A stretch of DNA of 64,000 nucleotides from Escherichia phage tootiki. How positions within the stretch are numbered: the first letter of the stretch is position 1; the number at the start of each line of letters is the position of its first letter. Where the stretch lies: the sequence record MN850647.1; one strand, given 5' to 3'. Of the stretch, positions 1-12,713 are shown one piece after another. The position numbers were made by a program, and so were the translations under genes. The notes beneath the pieces were generated by a model. That model was not told the origin of the DNA and ran no database searches. It was given only the letters and a program-made list of their open reading frames with translations.

Positions 1-29
1 TGTATCAGGAACAGGAATATATTGTGACA

Positions 30-3057
<3,028 letters not shown>

Positions 3058-3058
<1 letters not shown>

Positions 3059-3342
3059 TACATTTTTCCTGCTCTTCTAAGTTCGTTGTAAGCAATTTCC
3101 TCTTTATACGACCTCTGAATTTCAAGAAATTGTCTCAATGATAATAAATCAGAGAATGTCATAGCAAAGAGTTGGTCAAGTGTTTCTTTACACCCTTCCA
3201 TACCATAAATAGCAAGCACAAATTTCATCTCGTCTGCTTCTTCATAGGTTGCCTCTACAGCAGCATCAGTTAGTGGTGTCTGTAGAGTGTTACCCATGTT
3301 TACTGAGAAGTTAGGCTTTTGAAAATGCTTGCTTCGAAAAAA
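3058..3342 (-). CDS. tail assembly chaperone frameshift extension (GT-like C-terminal part)
   Basis: ORF in -1 frame relative to 3300-3698, open from slippery site through to 3058; ends at tape-measure start. Confidence 0.5.
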
Positions 3343-3698
3343 CTTCCGAAGTTTGCCTCCAGCGCAAATGCTAAGTAATCAATGAACTCACCATAGTTTG
3401 CTTGGAAGTACGTATCAATATTAAGTGGGAAGTCATCAACAGTTGCCCCTTGAAATAACAGGGTTGCCATCTCTTCAAGGTTAATTTCTTCAATTCTGTC
3501 AAAACAAGCTTCAACAAGCTCTTTAAATGGAACCATTGGAGCTTCTTTCTTATCTTTATCCGTAAGACTTGACAGCATCTGTGCAAATGTTGGAACAACA
3601 ATTTTACCCAACTTCATAGACATCTTAATACCATCTCTTGCCCCAAGCAGGATGATATTTACTTTCTTACCATTAATTACTCTAGATTCTGTTTTCAT
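3300..3698 (-). CDS. tail assembly chaperone (G-like)
   Basis: 132 aa ORF immediately upstream of tape measure; contains T_TTT_TTC heptamer near its 3' end. Confidence 0.6.
   Translation of the reverse strand: MKTESRVINGKKVNIILLGARDGIKMSMKLGKIVVPTFAQMLSSLTDKDKKEAPMVPFKELVEACFDRIEEINLEEMATLLFQGATVDDFPLNIDTYFQANYGEFIDYLAFALEANFGSFFEASIFKSLTSQ
3336..3342 (-). other. -1 programmed ribosomal frameshift slippery heptamer T_TTT_TTC
   Basis: minus-strand sequence AGT TTT TTC in zero frame (codons S-F-F); -1 frame stays open into ORF 3058-3297. Confidence 0.55.
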
Positions 3699-3728
3699 TG
3701 TGATTCCTTAATACTTTTAAAAGAAACA

Positions 3729-3757
3729 AAAAAGGGGAAGACCTTTTAAAGTCTCCC
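3729..3757 (-). terminator. intrinsic terminator after tail tube gene
   Basis: minus strand hairpin GGGGGAGAC-N8-GTCTTCCCC followed by TTTTTT. Confidence 0.5.
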
Positions 3758-3771
3758 CCTTATAGGATTTA

Positions 3772-4218
3772 TTAAACACTTGACGCTGGAATTGTAGAAG
3801 TGTAGTCTAACTTCTCACAACCAAAAATCCAAGTTTTAGAGTTCTGGTCACGACCAAGTTCAATCTGTGGTAACTCCTGCAACCAAGCGTTAATACCAGT
3901 TGCCAGAACAGAGCCTGATGGGTCGTAGATTACGAAGTTAGAAGAGATATCTTCTTCAAGTTCCATATTGTCTTGTTTAGCTTGAATTGCAGAAAGCATC
4001 TGGTTAGAGAGAGAAGTCTGCATTAACTCAATCTCAATAGTACCTGTCTTGTCTGCATTTCTTGTCAGAGCAACTTGACCACCTGCACCAACAACTGGTG
4101 TCACGAGTGGTGATGTTCTCTGTAGACGCAAGAATGAGTCTGGGGCAAAGCCTTCAATGGCAATACCATTCCAGCTACATACAACGTCTTTAGGGGAATA
4201 TTGCTGATACATAGCCAT
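3772..4218 (-). CDS. tail tube protein
   Basis: 148 aa ORF between 450 aa sheath-like gene and chaperone/tape measure; order typical of contractile tails. Confidence 0.5.
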   Translation of the reverse strand: MAMYQQYSPKDVVCSWNGIAIEGFAPDSFLRLQRTSPLVTPVVGAGGQVALTRNADKTGTIEIELMQTSLSNQMLSAIQAKQDNMELEEDISSNFVIYDPSGSVLATGINAWLQELPQIELGRDQNSKTWIFGCEKLDYTSTIPASSV

Positions 4219-4233
4219 TCCAATTTACCTCTA

Positions 4234-5586
4234 TTATTCGTAAGCCACTGTACCTTTCAAGTCAACATCCAAGATAGCCCCTGCTAAGATACCTGCGAAG
4301 GTAACATCTTTCAGGATACGTGCTTTCTTGTCTGCTAAAGCAACTTGAGAGGCTTTAGGAACATTAACTGTGTAAGATGACAGGAAGTTTCTGTTGACTG
4401 CTCTTTGCAGAGAGGTTTCAATGACTTGACGAATACGGGTAATACCAGTATCATCATAAGTAATCTTACCACCCTTCTGGTTAATTAGCAAGTCTCTCAG
4501 AGAAGTTTTCAGGTCTGATTCTAACCAGTCAACACCACGGACGATATCAATCCATTCCCCACCAGAAGTAATCCCTCTACGAACCACTGGAACACCACCA
4601 TCAAGGTCAATAAAGTTACAGTGACGTACATCTAAAGCAGACTTCTGAATACTTGTCAGAGGTCTCTGATTAGATGGTTGTAGAGAAGCTGCTACGCCAG
4701 TTAGCTGAGCATTACCCCAAGCAATTGAGCCTGCATCATATGGAGCACCATAAGCAATGTATGCCATCTCTGGATAATCTTCTGCTGCTGCGTGATGCCA
4801 CAAGCAAACTGTACGAGTGTACATATTCTTAGCAAGCTGTGCTGGAACATCATTTGCACTGGCTAATTCTGTACCTTGTAGGGCTGTTACATCGGAGTTA
4901 GCCGTAAAGAAGATTTTCTTACGAGCCTGAATCTCAGAAGCCATTGCTAAGACAAACTGTTGAGTTCTGTCTTCTGCTGCAATGAAATACCAGTCAGTAG
5001 AGTAAGCTTCGATAGCTGCCAGAGCAGTTGCTGCTGTATCAGCAGTTGTACTTGCAATATATACAGTCTGTGCTGTGGTTGTTACTTTCACAAAGTCATT
5101 ATCACCAGCTTTGGTAATAATCATTGTGGCAGAGCCATTGCTACCAGTTACATTCACAGAAACCTTATCTTTGATTGTTGGGTCAGCTTCAATCTGTGTT
5201 TTAAACTGTTGCAACACTACCTCAGCAGTGTCTGAATCTTGTGCTGTGTACTGGTATGGTTGAGAAATTCCACCGCCAACAGCTACAGTAATTGAGTAGT
5301 CTGTACTTTCGGTAACGGCATCAGGAATTGATACAGTGTACTGCATAGCGCGTCTACCGATATAAAGCTGAGTTACTTTAGGAGTCTGACTCCAAAGTTG
5401 TTTAGCAGCCTTATATGCAGCAGTATTCTCATCGAAATCTTCAGCAACTTCAGTTAAGGAAGTGTAACCACGCACTCTTTCTTCAAAGTTATCTGTTGAA
5501 GCTAAGAATAGTGGCAAACCAAAACCTTCTCTTGTAGTTCCTGCGGTGTTCAATGTAATATCTACATTAACAATTGGATTCCACAT
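4234..5586 (-). CDS. tail sheath protein
   Basis: 450 aa ORF directly upstream of tube-like gene; size and order as in P2/Mu-type contractile tails. Confidence 0.5.
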   Translation of the reverse strand: MWNPIVNVDITLNTAGTTREGFGLPLFLASTDNFEERVRGYTSLTEVAEDFDENTAAYKAAKQLWSQTPKVTQLYIGRRAMQYTVSIPDAVTESTDYSITVAVGGGISQPYQYTAQDSDTAEVVLQQFKTQIEADPTIKDKVSVNVTGSNGSATMIITKAGDNDFVKVTTTAQTVYIASTTADTAATALAAIEAYSTDWYFIAAEDRTQQFVLAMASEIQARKKIFFTANSDVTALQGTELASANDVPAQLAKNMYTRTVCLWHHAAAEDYPEMAYIAYGAPYDAGSIAWGNAQLTGVAASLQPSNQRPLTSIQKSALDVRHCNFIDLDGGVPVVRRGITSGGEWIDIVRGVDWLESDLKTSLRDLLINQKGGKITYDDTGITRIRQVIETSLQRAVNRNFLSSYTVNVPKASQVALADKKARILKDVTFAGILAGAILDVDLKGTVAYE

Positions 5587-6186
5587 TTATTTTACCCCTT
5601 TGGAGTCTACATCTAGATGGATAGTATATTCTGGTGGCTCTTGTCCTTCTTCATAAACCAACTCACCATCAACAATGACACGCTCAATAATACTTCCACG
5701 TTCATCCTTCAGGACTGAGTTTTTTACAAGAGTTACAACAAGAGGTGCAGAATTTTCGAAATCTGTATTGAGATAAGTATAGTCATTCGGGATAGCTCCA
5801 GTGTCTAGTACTGTAGCTCCTGTTTCTTCAAGGATTAAATCTCTGACTGAACTCATCTCTAATCGTTGTTTAAGCTCAAGCATAATACTGTGAGCACCTT
5901 TACCATTCACCGTAATTAATACTGGAATCTGAAAAGCAATTCTGTAGCAAACTACATCATCCTCAACAAACTTATCAAGAACCCAACCATAAGGTGTTGC
6001 AGCATCTTGACAATATACGGTAATAAATGGCTGGTCAGGTTTTAAACCTTTGTCATTTGAGTTATCAGAAGGGTAAGCTCTAATTACATTTGGTCTATTA
6101 TTTTTATCACGAGCTAGTTTGTGACCAATAACACCCACTAAGGTTCTAACTAGACCTTTTTCAAGTTCTGCTGTTTCTAACTGCAT
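5587..6186 (-). CDS. virion protein (tail completion or terminator candidate)
   Basis: 199 aa ORF between neck genes and sheath. Confidence 0.35.
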   Translation of the reverse strand: MQLETAELEKGLVRTLVGVIGHKLARDKNNRPNVIRAYPSDNSNDKGLKPDQPFITVYCQDAATPYGWVLDKFVEDDVVCYRIAFQIPVLITVNGKGAHSIMLELKQRLEMSSVRDLILEETGATVLDTGAIPNDYTYLNTDFENSAPLVVTLVKNSVLKDERGSIIERVIVDGELVYEEGQEPPEYTIHLDVDSKGVK

Positions 6187-6562
6187 TCATTTTATCCCTT
6201 CTAATAATGATATATTCATAATGGGATGTATGGGCTAATTGCTGTGACCAATCCATAGTCATAAATACTTCATACTCATGACCATCAATCATAACAATAT
6301 CAGACTCATTCCACTCTACATCATCTGAAGTTCTAAGTCTATATGTGGTATACAGGATTCTTGTATCGGTAAGCCTGATACCTTCCGGTAAAGCAATCTG
6401 TGTACCATTCTTTACAGAACCTTTGATATATGGCTGGATATTACCTTTACAGTTAACCTCTACAATATCTTGTGAAGCTACCCAATCACCATCATCATTA
6501 TAATAACCGTCTTCAGAGACTTTACGCTTTACTACAAAGCTGTGTCTGTTTAAGAGTCTCAT
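6161..6562 (-). CDS. head-tail joining protein candidate
   Basis: 133 aa ORF in neck region, overlaps neighbours by a few nt. Confidence 0.35.
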   Translation of the reverse strand: MRLLNRHSFVVKRKVSEDGYYNDDGDWVASQDIVEVNCKGNIQPYIKGSVKNGTQIALPEGIRLTDTRILYTTYRLRTSDDVEWNESDIVMIDGHEYEVFMTMDWSQQLAHTSHYEYIIIRRDKMNAVRNSRT

Positions 6563-7041
6563 TTCTTAATACCCTTCTTAGTAGAAATTTTATAAGCAAG
6601 GTTATCTCTTAAGTCACCTGTCTCAACAAGAGGTGCGTTAAAGCCTTTTTTCTTGACTGTGGAAGGTGCGTTAGGAGGGAGGATAGCAGAATTACCAAAA
6701 CCCCTTTTAATTGCCTTTTGAGCATTCTTTGCAAATGCTTCTAAGGTATTTGAAGGGTCTGTGTTGAGACTGCTAAGTTGCTTATATAGATTCTTCTTAG
6801 TCTGCTCTAACAAGGTCTGTTTGTTTAGCATCATAGTGATTTCAAACAACCTACGATATACTTTACCAGAAGCTGAAGGAACCCCAATAACTTCTTGTAA
6901 ATACATTAAAGCAGGATAAGAAAAACCAGAGCTATGTTGACCTTGTTCTTGAAAATACCCAACTTGAGCATTAGCCGTTTGCAAGTTCTTCATAGCCCCG
7001 ACTAATTTTGCTCTAGCGGGGTGAATAACCCTTTTAACCAT
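6559..7041 (-). CDS. head-tail joining protein candidate
   Basis: 160 aa ORF in neck region. Confidence 0.35.
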   Translation of the reverse strand: MVKRVIHPARAKLVGAMKNLQTANAQVGYFQEQGQHSSGFSYPALMYLQEVIGVPSASGKVYRRLFEITMMLNKQTLLEQTKKNLYKQLSSLNTDPSNTLEAFAKNAQKAIKRGFGNSAILPPNAPSTVKKKGFNAPLVETGDLRDNLAYKISTKKGIKK

Positions 7042-7490
7042 TATTCATCTCGCTCGATAATAAATACGCCATTAACACGGTTGCAGTAATCTCTGCCTTC
7101 GTATCTGGCAGCATCACCATATTCTGTGTATTTCTTGACAGAGCAAGGATTCTGACGACGCATGTCAATATCACACTGATTAATACCACCTGCATAGGGT
7201 AGTCCTGAAACAGAGCTTTTAACAAGGTCGTCATAAACAGCTTTCAGAGACTTGAATCTGGAAGAGTTACGTAAATAAACACCACCAACCTTCTCATCTC
7301 CCATCTTGGCTACTTGAAAGAGTAAATATTTAAGAGCTTTGATGGCTGCTTTCTTTTCATCCTTTCCAGATTCTAGATAGAACCACTCTAGCACAGACTG
7401 TTCAATAAGAATTTCATCATTATTGGTGTCTGTGCAGAGGATTCTTACTCTATCAAGAGGGTTATTGGCTGGGTCGCCTGTATAACACAT
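7041..7490 (-). CDS. head completion/adaptor protein candidate
   Basis: 149 aa ORF immediately downstream of major capsid gene. Confidence 0.35.
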   Translation of the reverse strand: MCYTGDPANNPLDRVRILCTDTNNDEILIEQSVLEWFYLESGKDEKKAAIKALKYLLFQVAKMGDEKVGGVYLRNSSRFKSLKAVYDDLVKSSVSGLPYAGGINQCDIDMRRQNPCSVKKYTEYGDAARYEGRDYCNRVNGVFIIERDE

Positions 7491-7511
7491 TCATAACCCT
7501 CCTTAAGAATA

Positions 7512-8618
7512 TTATTCGCCTTCAGCATCAGCGCGAACATCTACCAGCAACTGAGGACGAGTACAGTATGGCAGCATGTAAGAGTGAGCTTCGAAGTCAA
7601 TACCTTCGTCACGGTCTTTTTCGTATTCGAATACATACAGTTCCTGACCAAGTGTATTTGCGTAACCCATCTTAGGACATGGACCGTATGCAACTTCGAA
7701 GATGTTGTTAGCTTCACCAAGCATAGATACGTTAGGGAAAGCATGACCAACACCAACAGTGTCTGCTACACTATCAATGCTCACCAGAGTGTGAACCTTA
7801 CCACGCTTGTCTTTGAACTTACCGTTGTACTGGACAAACTTAACACCACCGTAGTAGAAGGTGTTCATATGAGCCTGAACGCCGTCAGTACCACCAGTTC
7901 TCAGAGAACCAGTAATCTGTTGCCAAGCCAGTGGAGTCTGCTGTGCAAGATAGGCGTCACGAATCTTAGGGTGCTTAGTCAGTTTGCTGAAGAATACACG
8001 GTCAACAACTACGTGAATTTCTTCACCGTTGATTACAGTGCCAGTCTTAGCTTCGTCTTCCATGTGCATACGCAGTTCTTCAATAGAAGCGTCGATGTCA
8101 GCATTAGGGTTGTCAAGGTCGAAGTAAATAGTCTTCTTCTCAACGTCGAACTGTTTGTACAGGTCAGCGTACAGAGTACCACGAGCATCAACAACTTTAC
8201 CCTTCAGAGCTTGCATAAACAGGAACTCACGAGTAATATCAAACTTGGTACGAATCTTCATCAGCTTCTTGGCACGTACTACAGCTTCAGTAGTCAGTTC
8301 GTTTGCAGTGCCTGGCTGACGTACACCCTGAATCTCATCAGGAGTAATGCTTTCAACTTCTTTGAAGTACATCATTGGGAAGCTGATTTGACGAACACGC
8401 TCAGGTGCGCTAGTCTCTGCTTTACGGCTATCACGGTCTACCGCATCAAGCAAGCTAACATCCCAATCAGTCAAGTCCATAAGGAAAGTAGTTTGGGTGA
8501 TTGGTGCTGAACGGAACAGACCTAAGTTGGAAATATACCCATAAGTATTTGGGATAGACTGGACTTCACCAGTCAGGTCAGCAAGGAAAAATCTGCTTTT
8601 TTCAGAATTAGTCAACAT
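7512..8618 (-). CDS. major capsid protein (lambda E-like)
   Basis: 368 aa; follows protease and decoration-like gene; strongly codon-biased, highly expressed appearance. Confidence 0.8.
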   Translation of the reverse strand: MLTNSEKSRFFLADLTGEVQSIPNTYGYISNLGLFRSAPITQTTFLMDLTDWDVSLLDAVDRDSRKAETSAPERVRQISFPMMYFKEVESITPDEIQGVRQPGTANELTTEAVVRAKKLMKIRTKFDITREFLFMQALKGKVVDARGTLYADLYKQFDVEKKTIYFDLDNPNADIDASIEELRMHMEDEAKTGTVINGEEIHVVVDRVFFSKLTKHPKIRDAYLAQQTPLAWQQITGSLRTGGTDGVQAHMNTFYYGGVKFVQYNGKFKDKRGKVHTLVSIDSVADTVGVGHAFPNVSMLGEANNIFEVAYGPCPKMGYANTLGQELYVFEYEKDRDEGIDFEAHSYMLPYCTRPQLLVDVRADAEGE

Positions 8619-8651
8619 TGTAAAATTCTCCAGAATGTCTTATTATTGTTA

Positions 8652-9029
8652 TTACAGGCCAGTTGGTACGAAATCAATACCTTTAGCAGCCAGAGCTGTC
8701 TTGACTGCATCAGCATCAACACCTGATTCAAGAGTAAGCAGGTCTTTTAGTTCTGCGTCACGGTAAATACCAACGACTTTCAACTGACCATGATAAGATA
8801 GTTGTAGGTCTGCGTAGAAGTTAACGATACATACAGAGTCTGCTTGGGCTTCTTCTCCAGCTTGTACCTTAGTACCATCTGCTTTCAGAACTTCACCTAC
8901 ACGGTATTCTGTTGAAGCAACTGGAGTGTACTCTTTACGAGAGTGGCCTGTTGGGGTAATCTGTTCCCAAAGAATGATATCATTCAGAGGTTCTCTGTTA
9001 CCTAACTTAGTAAAACCTTGATATGCCAT
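8652..9029 (-). CDS. head decoration protein (D-like)
   Basis: 125 aa ORF between prohead protease and major capsid, as in lambda C-D-E order. Confidence 0.45.
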   Translation of the reverse strand: MAYQGFTKLGNREPLNDIILWEQITPTGHSRKEYTPVASTEYRVGEVLKADGTKVQAGEEAQADSVCIVNFYADLQLSYHGQLKVVGIYRDAELKDLLTLESGVDADAVKTALAAKGIDFVPTGL

Positions 9030-9040
9030 TATTGTGTTCC

Positions 9041-10387
9041 TTATTTGATAAGAGATTTTAGAGCATTCTGGAGAGCCAGTTTGCGTTGTTCAGCGGTGTC
9101 TTCGGAAGCATTTTTAGCTGGTTCTTTTTCTTCTTCAACCAAATCAGCTTCGCCGTCATTACCCACTTCTTCCATAGCGTTGGAATGTTCAAGAACAGCA
9201 CCAGCAGTTTCTTTCAGCTTGGTAATTTCTGATTCTTTTTCTTCCATTGCAGAAGCATGGGACGCGATAGTTTCATTAAGTTTCTGGTTAGCACCTTCCA
9301 TAGCATTCATAAACAGAACACTCAGAGGGTTATCAAGACCAGCACCTAAAATAGTCGTTGCAGCTTCTTTTGCATCAAACCCAAAAGCTTCAGCAGAAGC
9401 AGAAATCTTATTAGTCAAATCTGACAAAGCAGCTTCCTGTTCTTTAGCTTTCATTTGAGCAACCTGAAGACGCAAAGCTTCTAGTTCTTGCTTTTCTTGT
9501 TCAGTCATTTCTTCACCTGAATTGTTAACGTTTAAACTTACAGGAGCCTCTTCAGAACCTTGTAAGTAATTTAAGAAATCATCTTGAGACATGATTGAGT
9601 TAATTAAACCAAGTTCAAGAGCTTCCTGAGCAGAATAAACATTCGCCTCAGTATTCTTTACAGCTTCTTCAGAGAGATTACGAGATTCGGCTACAAAACC
9701 TGTAAAGGTTGCGTAGGTATCATTAATTCTCTTTTGAAGTCTTTCTTTGCTTTCTTCTGAAAGTGCTTGGAATGGTGAACCCATACCTTTAAACTCACCA
9801 GCTTTGATGACGTTAATTGTTACGCCATTCTTTTCAAATGCTTTAGTTAATTCCTGATGAACCATAATTACACCAATAGAACCAACATCTGCATCTGGTG
9901 ATGCAATAATTTCTTCAGCAGAAGATGCAAGAGCGTATGCAGCGGAACAAGCGAACTCATCTACATAAGCAATAATTTTCTTTTGGCCTCTTGAAGCCAT
10001 GATGTGACGTGCTAATTCAAAGCAACCTGAAGCTTCACCGCCACCAGAATCAATGTGCAGAACAATAGTCTTGATTGACTCATCTGCTAAAGCTTCGTCA
10101 AAGCCTCTACGCAAACCTTCATAAGAGCTTAATCCACCTGTACACATTGCATCAATGAATGTCATACGATGGGTTAAACCACCCATAATAGGGATAATAG
10201 CAATGTCATCTTTTACTTTTAAAAGACTTCTTGCGTCACCTTTGGGTTTATCAAAGTTTACTGCTGCTTGGACATCACCCAGCAATCTGTTATTCACATA
10301 AGTTGCTGCTGAGTGAGCTAATGATTCAGTGGCTAGTAAAGGTTGGTTGAATAATCTATCAGCAAGTCTGAAGATATTCGAACTCAT
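9041..10387 (-). CDS. prohead protease, S49/ClpP-like, with C-terminal scaffold-like coiled coil
   Basis: 448 aa; N-terminal peptidase-like region (IVLHIDSGGGEASG), acidic coiled-coil C-terminus; between portal and capsid. Confidence 0.75.
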   Translation of the reverse strand: MSSNIFRLADRLFNQPLLATESLAHSAATYVNNRLLGDVQAAVNFDKPKGDARSLLKVKDDIAIIPIMGGLTHRMTFIDAMCTGGLSSYEGLRRGFDEALADESIKTIVLHIDSGGGEASGCFELARHIMASRGQKKIIAYVDEFACSAAYALASSAEEIIASPDADVGSIGVIMVHQELTKAFEKNGVTINVIKAGEFKGMGSPFQALSEESKERLQKRINDTYATFTGFVAESRNLSEEAVKNTEANVYSAQEALELGLINSIMSQDDFLNYLQGSEEAPVSLNVNNSGEEMTEQEKQELEALRLQVAQMKAKEQEAALSDLTNKISASAEAFGFDAKEAATTILGAGLDNPLSVLFMNAMEGANQKLNETIASHASAMEEKESEITKLKETAGAVLEHSNAMEEVGNDGEADLVEEEKEPAKNASEDTAEQRKLALQNALKSLIK

Positions 10388-10398
10388 TTTTACTCACC

Positions 10399-10731
10399 CT
10401 ATTTGTTTAAATCTACAGAGACTGAAGAGATAACATAAATACCTTCTTCAGCAAAGAATTGAGGTTTGCTAAGAGCACCAGTTGCCACGCATTTATCGTT
10501 AGCATCCCACAAGCTATAGTGTGAGACCGTTGCAGAAGCTGGGACAGTAATGTTAACTGTGTCTTCTGAGGCAATTAAGCCATTATCCGGTTCAGAAAAA
10601 TAAATAGCCACTGGCTGAGTAACCTTATTTGCTGTAGGGTCTGCCGTTGGGTCTACATTGTGTAAAATAATAGTCGTTGGGGTTAGCGTGGCGAGGATTT
10701 TATTCTTACCATCAATAGTTAATGTTCCCAT
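10399..10731 (-). CDS. hypothetical protein
   Basis: 110 aa ORF in head module. Confidence 0.4.
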   Translation of the reverse strand: MGTLTIDGKNKILATLTPTTIILHNVDPTADPTANKVTQPVAIYFSEPDNGLIASEDTVNITVPASATVSHYSLWDANDKCVATGALSKPQFFAEEGIYVISSVSVDLNK

Positions 10732-11231
10732 TAATTAAACCTTACTTTTTGTTTAAGGACTGTTGAATGGTTACCAGATTCATCTACCACATTTACAATC
10801 ATATCATAAACTTTACCTTTGACAAGTACTTTGTAATCATTTTGTGAAAAAATGTACTCAAGTCTGTTTGTTTCTTTATTAACTGTCATTGGAGATTGAA
10901 ATGCAGTGTCGAGGGTAATGAAAGCGGCTTCAATGCTATTAACATTGATACGTTTATTCTCGCAGTTATATAACTTTACACCCAAAAGGCATGAACTGTC
11001 AAATGGAATTTTAACAATTTCACTACAATTTCCTGAAATAAACGGTTTTCCACTCATTGGTGCATCAAGTAACCTGCAAATAGTGAAAACGTCAGAGGCT
11101 CCACCATCACTTACATAACCTGAAAGGCTGACCCTTGAGCCAGCCTCTACAGATAATTTGTCAGTGATAATAAGAACACCTCTATACGAATGCACTCGTG
11201 TAGCATTTGAAATAGAGATAACTTCAGCCAT
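10731..11231 (-). CDS. hypothetical protein
   Basis: 166 aa ORF between portal and protease. Confidence 0.4.
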   Translation of the reverse strand: MAEVISISNATRVHSYRGVLIITDKLSVEAGSRVSLSGYVSDGGASDVFTICRLLDAPMSGKPFISGNCSEIVKIPFDSSCLLGVKLYNCENKRINVNSIEAAFITLDTAFQSPMTVNKETNRLEYIFSQNDYKVLVKGKVYDMIVNVVDESGNHSTVLKQKVRFN

Positions 11232-12706
11232 TATTTATTTGCCTTATTTGCTGTGCTTGGGTCTTTTGCTGAAGGTGTCTTTGCAGTACCTTCTCCAGCG
11301 GTCTTATAACCATCTCCTGAACGGCTTTGGCTATTTGGAGAAAGCTTTTCAGATACTGGCTGAGACTCATCAGCAGGAGGAAGACCAATATGCTCTCTAA
11401 GCTTGTTAGATAGCTCTTTGTCAACTTCCAAAGCACCTACTGCAACAGTCTTCTGAATATAAGAACCAATTGCTTCAAGGTCTGGAGTTTCGATATCATC
11501 ATATGTGATTTGCACATGTTCTTCATCATCCCACATATTAAGAGCATAAGTCTGTGCAACTAAATCACGGTTAATTACATTCTTAATTTGCTTCAGCAGG
11601 ATATCTACTGACATCGCTAATAAGCTTGTCTTAGAATCTGCAAGAGAGAATGAACCATATTTTGACTGACCCATAGCAAGAACATCTGACATAAATGCCA
11701 TCATAATCTGCTTGGAATATCTGTCAATAATAGAACCTGTGTCGTATGCTTTAGCACCCTGTCTAGAGACTAATGAGAACTCAAAAATATCCTCTTTAGT
11801 ATCTGGGTCGATATATCTAGGCCAGATTAAACCTGCTCTGTCATTTGCAATCATATCATTAACAACAGTTTTGCAGTATTGTACGAAAGCTTTCTTTTCA
11901 GGTTCTGCATTCTCATCCAGATAGTCCGGTGGTAAACCAATCTTTGGCATACCAACCAAGTCTCTTGAAACACCAACAGCTTCGTACTCTTCAATCTGTA
12001 CTTTATATTTCCACGGTACATAAGCATTAAGTAATGGTGAACGACCTTCTGGGTTTCCATATTCATCGTCATACTTGAACAGCATGAATTTAGCTCGTGG
12101 AAGTTTTCTTGTTAGTGGTCTTTCTCCAAGATTAATTGCTCCAGCAATATGTGAAACATTTCTCAGATTCTGTCTAACACCAGTAACTTTTCTAAAGTCT
12201 TCGTCAAAATACCACTTATCAAGTGTTGATTGGTTTCTGATTGGTAATTTAGCCCATCCAATTAGACCATCATCAAATTTTGACTGGTACTTTCCTTTTT
12301 TACCCTGACGCTTCTTATAAACTTTCTCGTTAACACAGAACCCATAAGTGCAGAATGACATTACAGAGTTAATAAAATCTGCCCAATCATGCTCCATGTC
12401 ATCCATTAAAGAATTAAAGAAGTCTGCTCTTTCAAGCATTTTAGGGTCTTGCTCTTTTCCCTTTGGAGGTACGAATCTCCAGTTGACTTTTCTGACAAAC
12501 ATCTTAATAATATTTACAGATGCTGCTACAGCAGGGTCACGCATCATTAATTGGAAAGTTTTAATACTTTCAGGGAACCTTAGTGCCTGACGAGGTTCTT
12601 CATAGATTCTTCCATTCTTAACCTTCAGACCCAAAGAACCTACTTCACCCATTCTAAATGGTGGTAAGCTTTCTTGTGTTTCTGTAATTTCTGCCATTCT
12701 TCTCAC
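11231..12706 (-). CDS. portal protein
   Basis: 491 aa ORF immediately downstream of large terminase. Confidence 0.75.
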   Translation of the reverse strand: MRRMAEITETQESLPPFRMGEVGSLGLKVKNGRIYEEPRQALRFPESIKTFQLMMRDPAVAASVNIIKMFVRKVNWRFVPPKGKEQDPKMLERADFFNSLMDDMEHDWADFINSVMSFCTYGFCVNEKVYKKRQGKKGKYQSKFDDGLIGWAKLPIRNQSTLDKWYFDEDFRKVTGVRQNLRNVSHIAGAINLGERPLTRKLPRAKFMLFKYDDEYGNPEGRSPLLNAYVPWKYKVQIEEYEAVGVSRDLVGMPKIGLPPDYLDENAEPEKKAFVQYCKTVVNDMIANDRAGLIWPRYIDPDTKEDIFEFSLVSRQGAKAYDTGSIIDRYSKQIMMAFMSDVLAMGQSKYGSFSLADSKTSLLAMSVDILLKQIKNVINRDLVAQTYALNMWDDEEHVQITYDDIETPDLEAIGSYIQKTVAVGALEVDKELSNKLREHIGLPPADESQPVSEKLSPNSQSRSGDGYKTAGEGTAKTPSAKDPSTANKANK

Positions 12707-12713
12707 CTAGCTA

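Noticed and set aside
7584-8510. 308 aa plus-strand ORF antisense to the major capsid gene
   Set aside because: Lies entirely within the strongly supported capsid gene on the opposite strand, has no ribosome-binding site and a low-complexity product; judged an antisense artefact, like the other short ORFs embedded in terminase, portal, tape-measure and NadV genes.
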